A DNA stretch of 39,366 nucleotides, from positions 1 to 39,366 of the forward strand of contig LRSL01000009.1 in assembly GCA_001563335.1 (NCBI GenBank), in the 5' to 3' direction. This DNA comes from Candidatus Thorarchaeota archaeon SMTZ1-45 (GTDB lineage Archaea > Asgardarchaeota > Thorarchaeia > Thorarchaeales > Thorarchaeaceae). Of the stretch, positions 9,054 to 16,572 are shown in pieces (positions within the stretch are counted from its first letter, which is position 1; each line of letters starts with the position of its first letter). The notes under the pieces were generated by a model, which saw only the letters and a program-made list of their open reading frames with translations, was not told where the DNA came from and ran no database searches. A program made the position numbers and the translations under genes.

Positions 9054-9144
9054 TCTACATCTAACTGTTCGCTGAATCGTAGTAAGCAGTATCACTCATA
9101 GAATAGTTCAGTAGAATTGCTTACTATACCGCGATAAAGAAACA

Positions 9145-9165
9145 GGGGCATCCCAAAGACACCCC
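9145..9165 (-). terminator. Hairpin followed by T-rich tract downstream of the 75-aa gene
   Basis: Minus strand GGGGTGTC-TTTGG-GATGCCCC then TGTTTCTTT. Confidence 0.5.
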
Positions 9166-9191
9166 CACTCAAGTTGCTGTTGTATTATAAT

Positions 9192-9419
9192 CTAGTCTGC
9201 ATGACGCATTGTGGTATAAGCATCGATGATGCGCCACAGACCATGCACAACTACGAACGCTAGAGCACTCCACGTTATCATATTTGCATATGTGCTGGAA
9301 CTGATTAGTGTACCACCAATTTCATAGATATATGGTATAAAAGCAAAAATCAAGACAATTTCTAGAATTCCCATGATCAGCTGACCCACAAAGCGTGGTT
9401 TTGCTACGCCTTTCTTCAT
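9192..9419 (-). CDS. Small two-TM membrane protein
   Basis: 75 aa with two hydrophobic helices; GGGAG SD-like upstream. Confidence 0.7.
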   Translation of the reverse strand: MKKGVAKPRFVGQLIMGILEIVLIFAFIPYIYEIGGTLISSSTYANMITWSALAFVVVHGLWRIIDAYTTMRHAD

Positions 9420-9523
9420 TATATTAGAAACTCTCCCAAAGTTTGTGCAATCATTCTACAACGGATATTTAACTCATACTTCTGTTTTCTAGGTCCTTTA
9501 ATAAGTCAATGAGATTATTCTAA

Positions 9524-9545
9524 TTCAAATTCCTCTGGTCCGCCA
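9524..9545 (+). repeat. tRNA-Lys 3'-end copy 4, intron-less T-loop form
   Basis: TTCAAATTCCTC-TGGTCCGCCA vs spliced TTC|AAATCCCTCCTGGCCCGCCA, 20/23 with one gap. Confidence 0.85.
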
Positions 9546-9659
9546 TGCTATCTTACATAAAGAATTGTCAGCTAGTATTGATGAACAGCCGCCATCTTCA
9601 TTGAGGCCGCCAAGCTCTAGGTTCATGCTCCCACAATGTCAGACGGTCGTTCTGGCATT

Positions 9660-10448
9660 TCACAGGACTTTAGGCAGGGTGTCAGAAACCCACTTCTCAT
9701 GAGCGAGATCAATGTCCTGAGATGAAAGCACGTAGTCTAGGTATCTCATATGGTCCTCAACACATCTTGCAATCGCATCATCAGACAGATTATGTATTCC
9801 CCAGTGTTGAGCCATTCTTTCTAATACCTCAAGAGGACTCCGCCAGTAGTTATGAAGATGAATGATCTTTACCTTGAACCCTATGGCCTCCATGCCTCTC
9901 TTGAAGGACTCTATTACTCCGCCATAGAGGACAACGGTCCAAGGATTTCTTTCAGCATGAAAGCTAATATTCTCAATGATGCGACGAAATCCCTTGGCGG
10001 TGAGTTCAAGTTGTTCTTCAAACAGGTCCCTCCATGCACTAATCTTAATCCTTCTCCGAGCACGCTCGCTTGTTTCCAAAAGTAAGGACTTCTCTAGAAG
10101 GCTATGAGCATCCATATGAATTTCCAAATCGTGATAACAGTAGACCTCAAGTCTTGGAATACTTTTCTTGAGTTGGTGCAGAGCGTCTAGAAGGGGGTCG
10201 ACGGTATATCTCAGTGCATTGACATAGGGGTCCTGCAGACCAGTCAGATAGATGTAGCTTTGCCATAACTCCTCTCTGGACACTTCTCCCACCATATAGT
10301 GATTGACGAAATTCGTCATGTCCTCTGGCAGCGCCAAGAAGAGTATCTTGTAGTTTCCCTTTGCCAGCCATTCAATCGCTCTTTCAGTCGTCTTCCTGAG
10401 CTTGGTGAGGACCAAAGTCAAGAGTGTTGGCAACACTGCTGCCTCCAT
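9660..10448 (-). CDS. Hypothetical protein
   Basis: 262-aa ORF 12 bp downstream of the PCM gene, same strand; no motif recognised. Confidence 0.7.
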   Translation of the reverse strand: MEAAVLPTLLTLVLTKLRKTTERAIEWLAKGNYKILFLALPEDMTNFVNHYMVGEVSREELWQSYIYLTGLQDPYVNALRYTVDPLLDALHQLKKSIPRLEVYCYHDLEIHMDAHSLLEKSLLLETSERARRRIKISAWRDLFEEQLELTAKGFRRIIENISFHAERNPWTVVLYGGVIESFKRGMEAIGFKVKIIHLHNYWRSPLEVLERMAQHWGIHNLSDDAIARCVEDHMRYLDYVLSSQDIDLAHEKWVSDTLPKVL

Positions 10449-10460
10449 GTTCTTTGCTAT

Positions 10461-11168
10461 TCAGTCGGACCAACCATGTTTCCCTTTGAGAGGAACGTAT
10501 AGGACTTTTTCTATGAACTTCCTCCTCAAAGTCCCATCCTTGTCCTGTTCTATCAGAATCAAGTCCTGAGCTCTTTCTGGAGATCCGACAGGCGCCATCA
10601 GCCTACCTTGAATCGCGAGCTGGTGAATCAATGGGCGAGGTATCTCAGGGCATGTGGCGGTGATGCAGATCTTGTCGTATGGAGCATCTGGTGCATAACC
10701 CAAAGAACCATCACCATGGATGAGAAAGACATCATCATAGTCTAACCTTTTCATGTTCCGCCTAGCAAAGTTGTATGTTTCCTCATCAATCTCGATTGTG
10801 ACGACTCTTCCATCTGGACCTACAATCTCCCTAGCCAAGGCTGCCCCATATCCAGAACCAGTACCCACTTCGAAGAGCTTCTCACCTGCTTTGAGTCCCA
10901 GAGCCTCATAGAACAACGGATAGCTATGAGGACATGAGATTGTGGCATCACGCCCTGGAAGCGGGAATGGGAGTTCGTGATATGCATAATCTCTGTACTG
11001 CTCAGGAACAAACTCCTCCCTTGGAACCTTGAGCATCGCCTTGATAATCCCTTTAGATTTTAAGAAGCCCTCCTGTGTCAGCCACTTGACCTTCTCTTCT
11101 CTTTCTTTTTCAAATTCTTTCTTTGTCTTTTCCGGTACCTTAGGATGAGGAATAGTCCAACCAACCAT
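10461..11168 (-). CDS. pcm: Protein-L-isoaspartate O-methyltransferase, paralog 1
   Basis: VPREEFV, ATISCPH, EVGTGSGY, GDGSLGY, APYDKI, YVPL motifs. Confidence 0.9.
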   Translation of the reverse strand: MVGWTIPHPKVPEKTKKEFEKEREEKVKWLTQEGFLKSKGIIKAMLKVPREEFVPEQYRDYAYHELPFPLPGRDATISCPHSYPLFYEALGLKAGEKLFEVGTGSGYGAALAREIVGPDGRVVTIEIDEETYNFARRNMKRLDYDDVFLIHGDGSLGYAPDAPYDKICITATCPEIPRPLIHQLAIQGRLMAPVGSPERAQDLILIEQDKDGTLRRKFIEKVLYVPLKGKHGWSD

Positions 11169-11368
11169 CTCAATGTGGAATTCACTGGGATCGAAATAAA
11201 CGAATCGGAATTGGCTTCTAGTTTTAGTCTATCGAATGTGGAGAATTGCTATATTAGTATCTCCAATGTTATTCTATATTCCATCCAGAATCTGAAACGA
11301 TTTCTAGAATTAAATCTCCTGATGAACCATTGTAAAGCAATGATTATGTAAATGGGCTAGGCACGAAA

Positions 11369-12358
11369 CTAATTAGACATTGTTTTAAGCCGTGAAATTA
11401 TCTCTTCAGCCTCAACCATTATTCTATCCAACAATTCCTTAACAGTAGGAATATCTTTGATCAAGCCTACGCCTTGACCACAAGCCACTACTCCAAGGTC
11501 AATATCTCCTTCCCTGTACATCTTTTCAGCTTTATCTCCAGATGCAGCTTGAATGAGCTTGAAGAGAGGAGCTCCTTCAGCCTCTAGTTCAAGCACGTGT
11601 TGCGCTGCTTTGTTGTTCCACAGTCTGTGAGTGTTTCCAACAGAACGCAAAGCTAAAACTGTATCAATTTCTGCTGCTTTAACGAAAGCCTGTTTGAGAT
11701 TGTCATGAATGGGACATTCCTTTGTAGCCATCAGCCTTGTGCCCATAATTACTCCTTCAGCGCCGAGTGCCAATGCCGCAGCAACACCCCTCCCATCAGT
11801 TATTCCCCCACCTGCAATTACAGGAACATCTAGAGCATCAACCACGGATGGAGTCATCACCATCGTTCCGATATCTAAGACTCCAGTAGCTCCACCATTC
11901 TCATATCCCACAACCGTTACTATGTCAGCACCTAGGGATGCTCCTTTTTTCGCATATCTTACCCCAGCACATTTGTGAATCCAGATAGCGCCACCATCCT
12001 TGAATTTAGGAACCAGATCCTCTGGAGCTTTGTGACCACTTGTTTCGATGATTTTCACTTCCTCAGCTAATGTGGCATCAACATAATCTTCTAGCTTTTC
12101 CTGAGGCATTAATGCGGGGAACAAATTGATATTCACGGCAAATGGTTGATCTGTAAGAGATTGTGTCTTTTTGATTGCATCGCGTAGATCATCAGGAGAC
12201 TTGTAATTTGCACTGGCTAGTACAGCACAGGCACCAGCATTACTAGCTGCTGCGACAAACTCTGGATTGGAAATCCTTGCCATGGTACCTGCTATAATCG
12301 GATATTTACATCCCAACATCTCAGTTACTTTTGTCTTTATCATTTGATTCACCCACAC
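11369..12358 (-). CDS. Nitronate monooxygenase / FabK-like flavoprotein (likely start ATG 12343)
   Basis: KYPIIAG, PFAVN, VPVIAGGGITDGRG, GVIMGTR, CGQGVGLI motifs. Confidence 0.88.
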   Translation of the reverse strand: MWVNQMIKTKVTEMLGCKYPIIAGTMARISNPEFVAAASNAGACAVLASANYKSPDDLRDAIKKTQSLTDQPFAVNINLFPALMPQEKLEDYVDATLAEEVKIIETSGHKAPEDLVPKFKDGGAIWIHKCAGVRYAKKGASLGADIVTVVGYENGGATGVLDIGTMVMTPSVVDALDVPVIAGGGITDGRGVAAALALGAEGVIMGTRLMATKECPIHDNLKQAFVKAAEIDTVLALRSVGNTHRLWNNKAAQHVLELEAEGAPLFKLIQAASGDKAEKMYREGDIDLGVVACGQGVGLIKDIPTVKELLDRIMVEAEEIISRLKTMSN

Positions 12359-12559
12359 ATCACTTGAACACCGACTAAATTCTCACAGATAAATATCGTT
12401 ATCAAATAGAACAATCGCTGCAAAGCTCTACTGATATGGAATTGTTCAAATTGCTCCTAGCCTTCAATTTTTCCTTTTTTTCGTAATCTCTATCCACTTG
12501 AATTGCTTTCCTCCCTCACGTAGTAATTCCTCAACAGACATATCTGAAAAGTAGTTGAT

Positions 12560-13075
12560 ATGAGTCGTGTTCTCTTGAGGAGGATCAAGAAGATGAATCG
12601 AGAGGAAATAATCCACTTCTTCGTGGATGACCATCAAAAACTAGAGAATGTCCTTTCAAAACTCACTAGCAAGGAAATTTTCCACGAAAAAGTCCAAGGA
12701 GATTGGACGGTAAAAGACATCATCGCACATATATCCGCTTGGAATTGGGAGCTCATAAAGCAAACAGATCTTGTTCTCTCTGGGAAAAAACCCTGGTATA
12801 CAGACCTCCCTGAAGCAGATTTCAATAAAAAAGCAGTAAAAAAGCGTGAATCTTGGTCTTTAGAGAAGGTCCTCTCAGAGTGGCGAGATTCATTTAATGC
12901 TCTAGTGACGAGAATGAGTACTCTCTCCCAAGAAGAGTGGACATTCGAGCTTGATGATGAGGCATGGCCTGAAGGTGGAAAAGTCACTGTTGCCTCCATC
13001 TTCGGATATCGTTACAATGAAGAAGGGCATGAAGGTGGTCATGCGAAAGTCATTCAGAGATATTTTGATATTTGA
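12560..13075 (+). CDS. DinB-like / ClbS-DfsB four-helix bundle protein (likely start 12593)
   Basis: WTVKDIIAHISAW motif and C-terminal HxxxH. Confidence 0.8.
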   Translation: MSRVLLRRIKKMNREEIIHFFVDDHQKLENVLSKLTSKEIFHEKVQGDWTVKDIIAHISAWNWELIKQTDLVLSGKKPWYTDLPEADFNKKAVKKRESWSLEKVLSEWRDSFNALVTRMSTLSQEEWTFELDDEAWPEGGKVTVASIFGYRYNEEGHEGGHAKVIQRYFDI

Positions 13076-13115
13076 CACATCATCGGCAAACTCTATCAAG
13101 GCAAGGACTTGCCTT

Positions 13116-13643
13116 CTAGTTCTTTGAAATTAAAACTCCCATTACAAGCGTATTGTGGTATTTTCCATCTGCTCCATAATAGGCATCTCTTTTTTTACCC
13201 TCAATCTCAAAACCAAATCTCTTGTATAACCGTACAGCAGCTTCATTGTCCTCAACTACTTCAAGACCAACCCTATGCAGTCCTTTGTTCTTAGCCAGAA
13301 AAAGAAGATTTTCAGTCATTACTGTTCCCAATCCAACCCCATGGAAATCTTGATGGATGTATATCATCATATCTCCAACCCCCCTCTCTCTCGGGCGTGT
13401 GAATTGATGTATTGCCGAGATTCCTACTATTCTGTTTTCAAAGATTGCCACAATTGATAAGCCGCTCTTGGTCCCACTCATCCAACGGTTTATTTTCTCC
13501 TCATCATATGGAGGATTGCTCCACACTAGCGCATCTGCTGACAGATTAGTGACCATACTTAGTAATTGCTCTTTATCATCAGGCACAAGCAAGCGGAGCA
13601 TAACTTCTCTTGCATCTCTTAACTTGGCAATCCGCTTCTTCAT
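13116..13643 (-). CDS. GNAT family N-acetyltransferase
   Basis: FHGVGLG acetyl-CoA motif; NEAAVRLYKRFGFEIEG. Confidence 0.9.
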   Translation of the reverse strand: MKKRIAKLRDAREVMLRLLVPDDKEQLLSMVTNLSADALVWSNPPYDEEKINRWMSGTKSGLSIVAIFENRIVGISAIHQFTRPRERGVGDMMIYIHQDFHGVGLGTVMTENLLFLAKNKGLHRVGLEVVEDNEAAVRLYKRFGFEIEGKKRDAYYGADGKYHNTLVMGVLISKN

Positions 13644-13875
13644 GCTTTTTCTTGCTGCGGTCGGATCAACTTGGATGTTTCGCCTTGAATCTTGCCTAGC
13701 TTGCCTCTTATCTTCAACCTGACTCGAAATCTGATTGTTTTTCTTTCATCTAGCTCCAGTTGTGGCGGGTCAAGATTATGATATGATTAATTGTGTGTCT
13801 AGACATGCAAAAGAAGTCCTGTCATAAATAATCATCCAATGGCTTACATTATAAAGAAAATACAGACATGAGTCG

Positions 13876-13895
13876 GTACCGGCAATTGTCGGTAC
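13876..13895. promoter_or_regulatory. Near-perfect palindrome GTACCGGCAATTGTCGGTAC (operator candidate)
   Basis: 15/18 to the core of 14951-14970; ~20 bp upstream of minus-strand TTTATAA. Confidence 0.7.
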
Positions 13896-13938
13896 AAAGA
13901 TTATGCTACTTTTTACTTGATTTTTATCGGTGATAGAA

Positions 13939-14019
13939 ATGGCTTGCACAACGAAACAACATACAATCCCACCCACAAAGATGTCTGAGGATATCGAGTG
14001 TGAGATCGACGATATTTAG
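13939..14019 (+). CDS. Candidate 26-aa small ORF (MACTTKQHTIPPTKMSEDIECEIDDI)
   Basis: GGTGAT SD 4 nt before ATG; downstream of the palindrome. Confidence 0.3.
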   Translation: MACTTKQHTIPPTKMSEDIECEIDDI

Positions 14020-14203
14020 CACAACAAGAAGCATTGCGACAACTCGAATGGAGAAAGAACAATGCCTTGGTATCGACTCATAGACTATCGTTCTTCAGAT
14101 AGACCAAGGAGGCGCACAAGCACTGATAACATACCACCTATGCGGATGTCCAGAGTGAAAGCGCCTCTCTCTTTTTTCCCATTATTGAGAATACTTTATA
14201 CTT

Positions 14204-14917
14204 TCAAACAAGAGCCATGGAATCTTTTCGATCTTGAGGAAGCTGCCTGAATAGCTGAATATGAGGAATGAGCGCAGTGATTATTTTGTTCTCCGCCTTT
14301 TTCAGATGCTCCAAAAAGGTTGTCCTCGATATCTTCTCTTTAGATGCAATCGTCTGAAGATCCGCTCCTCTCGGAAACCGGAAATATCCCTGCGCATATG
14401 CTGTCAAGAGAGCATGGACCTGTTTATCCGTCAATCCAGAGAACAAGGCATCAGTGGTTAGTGTTAGAGAACTTGCTATGTAACCATCAAAGGGTTTCTT
14501 TCTAATAATCTCAACCTCAAATCCATCCTCTCTAAGTCTTGTAAGAAGTTTCTTGACTCTCTCATGTCTAAAAGCAATCAAACGGAGGTGTTCCCATCCT
14601 CCCTCATATGCAATTGGCGGAATTAACAGAAGTGTTGGGTCTTTGAGATAGTTTTGAACGGTGCCTGGTCCTCCGCATGTACACATCCTTGTGATGACAT
14701 GAGTATTTTCTCCATTGTGTATCTCATCAATTATTTCCATAGCCCTTGACATGCCATTTCTAATTTGATCATAGTCTTCCTGTTTCTGCATGATTAGTTC
14801 CATGACATCATGTTTGTCATTACACCACTGAAAGATCTTGACAGAGGGATTATCTTCTGTAATTTCGCTAAGGGGATTATCATACTTAGCTCTGAACACA
14901 ACCTCGAATAATGACAT
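14204..14917 (-). CDS. Bat-type HTH_10 transcriptional regulator, paralog 2
   Basis: LTDKQ...GYFRFPR...RTTFLEHLKKAENK; colinear with 961-1686 (shared ALIPHIQLFR). Confidence 0.85.
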   Translation of the reverse strand: MSLFEVVFRAKYDNPLSEITEDNPSVKIFQWCNDKHDVMELIMQKQEDYDQIRNGMSRAMEIIDEIHNGENTHVITRMCTCGGPGTVQNYLKDPTLLLIPPIAYEGGWEHLRLIAFRHERVKKLLTRLREDGFEVEIIRKKPFDGYIASSLTLTTDALFSGLTDKQVHALLTAYAQGYFRFPRGADLQTIASKEKISRTTFLEHLKKAENKIITALIPHIQLFRQLPQDRKDSMALV

Positions 14918-14950
14918 ACCTCAATCTATGATACTTGATATTTATGAACT

Positions 14951-14970
14951 CTACCGACATATGTCGGTAG
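14951..14970. promoter_or_regulatory. Perfect 20-bp palindrome CTACCGACATATGTCGGTAG (operator candidate)
   Basis: Perfect inverted repeat between the divergent regulator and aminotransferase; abuts minus-strand TTCATAAATA. Confidence 0.8.
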
Positions 14971-15120
14971 GCATATGGAATCTGCAGTTCAATCTGCTAT
15001 ATCCTGTTTACAACAATGCTCCCTTCAGATTGATATCTTTGATAATGGTTATAGGCAAATTTGTTGATGATGAATGTGAAATAATCAGGGCATTAGAAAA
15101 TTTCTGGATGCCCAAAGGAA

Positions 15121-16572
15121 ATGACTGCTTGTGATGGAGGATTAATTATAATGTTAGATGATAAGTTTAGAGACCTGCATCTCTCAAATTCAGCGAAAAT
15201 TCTTGAGAAACCTCCTGGTCCTCGGTCGAGAGAAATGTTGCAAAAACAAGATCATGCTGAAAGTGCAGCAGTTTCATATCCGAAGGCAATTCCAGTAGCT
15301 TTTGCAGAGGGAAAAGGTGCGACTCTGAAGGATGTTGATGGCAACATCTACATAGATTTCTTTGCAGGGGCTGGAGTCCTAAATGTAGGGCACTGTAATC
15401 CAGAGGTTGTTGAGGCTGCAAAGGAGCAGATGGATAAACTAACTCATGCTCTAGACTTTCCAACTCCTATTCGGATGGAACTTGTAGATGAGGTACTCTC
15501 AGTCCTCCCAACGAGATTGAAGAATATCGCCAAGCTTCTCTTTGTTGCTCCAACAGGCTCTGATGCAGTTGAATCTGCGATGAAGCTAGCGAAGTTCAAC
15601 ACAGGTCGGATTGGAATGATATCTTTTGAAGGAGCATATCATGGAATGACTGCAGGTGCAATAACCCTGACAGCAAATAAGGCATTGAAGCAGAGCTTAA
15701 TGCCAATGATCCCCGAGGTGCACTTCTTACCCTACGCGTATTGCTACCGATGTCCCTTTGGAAGAGAATATTCAGAATGTGGCCTTGAGTGTGCCAGATA
15801 CCTCGAACATGTGTTGGAGGACCCCAAGTCCGGAGTAGTTGATCCAGCAGCTATTATCATAGAGGCTGTTCAAGGAGAGGGAGGTTCACTTCCAGCGCCT
15901 GATGAGTTTCTCAAGGAGGTCAAGCGAATTTCACGCGAATATTGTGTCCCTCTCATAGTGGATGAGATTCAAGCAGGCATGAGTAGAACTGGGAAGATGT
16001 GGGCCTACCAACATTCAGGTATAATTCCTGATATAATGACAATCTCAAAGGGAATTGGGGGAGGTCTTCCATTGTCTGTATTAGTTTTCGATGAGAAGCT
16101 AGACACTTGGGAAAAAGGTGCGCATGTAGGAACATTCAGGGGTAACGTTGTGGCACTAGCAGCGGGTGTTGCGACATTGAGATTCATCAAGAAGCATAAG
16201 TTATGGAACCATGCAAAAAGACTGGGTGAAGATGTGTTCTTTCCGTACCTTGAGGAAATACAAGAGGAAAGCAGGTTTATTGGAGATACTCGTGGAAAGG
16301 GCTTGATGATAGGGGTTGAATTTGTGAAGGATAAAAAGAGCAAGCAACCGTGGACTGAGTTTGCGAAAGAGATTCGGAAGGCATGCTACCAAAGAGGGCT
16401 TATAGTAGAGATTGGTGGTCATTTCTCCAACGTAGTCCGATTTATGCCTCCTCTTGTATTAACAAAGGAACTTGCAGAAGCTGGCCTCGAAATATTCGCA
16501 GATTCTGTAAGAGAAGTTGAAAACGCAAATAAAGACGCTGAATTTCCTACCTTAACATCTCAACTAAGCTGA
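15121..16572 (+). CDS. Class III PLP-dependent aminotransferase (GabT / diaminobutyrate transaminase-like; likely start 15151)
   Basis: DVDGNIYIDF, TGSDAVE, AYHGMT, DEIQAGMSRTG, SKGIGGG, GTFRGN. Confidence 0.92.
   Translation: MTACDGGLIIMLDDKFRDLHLSNSAKILEKPPGPRSREMLQKQDHAESAAVSYPKAIPVAFAEGKGATLKDVDGNIYIDFFAGAGVLNVGHCNPEVVEAAKEQMDKLTHALDFPTPIRMELVDEVLSVLPTRLKNIAKLLFVAPTGSDAVESAMKLAKFNTGRIGMISFEGAYHGMTAGAITLTANKALKQSLMPMIPEVHFLPYAYCYRCPFGREYSECGLECARYLEHVLEDPKSGVVDPAAIIIEAVQGEGGSLPAPDEFLKEVKRISREYCVPLIVDEIQAGMSRTGKMWAYQHSGIIPDIMTISKGIGGGLPLSVLVFDEKLDTWEKGAHVGTFRGNVVALAAGVATLRFIKKHKLWNHAKRLGEDVFFPYLEEIQEESRFIGDTRGKGLMIGVEFVKDKKSKQPWTEFAKEIRKACYQRGLIVEIGGHFSNVVRFMPPLVLTKELAEAGLEIFADSVREVENANKDAEFPTLTSQLS

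Noticed and set aside
7264-9545. Repeats as a CRISPR array
   Set aside because: Spacers are 0.5-1 kb and contain genes, the repeats are tRNA-derived, and no cas genes are present.
9588-9612. Two GCCGCCA heptamers resembling the tRNA end
   Set aside because: Too short to be significant.
11145-11351. 68-aa ORF and the many short ORFs overlapping or antisense to recognised genes
   Set aside because: No motifs; explained as shadow or intergenic frames.
13939-14250. In-frame TAG readthrough (pyrrolysine) joining the 26-aa ORF to ORF 14062-14250
   Set aside because: The fused product is not protein-like, overlaps the regulator's 3' end, and there is no pyl context.
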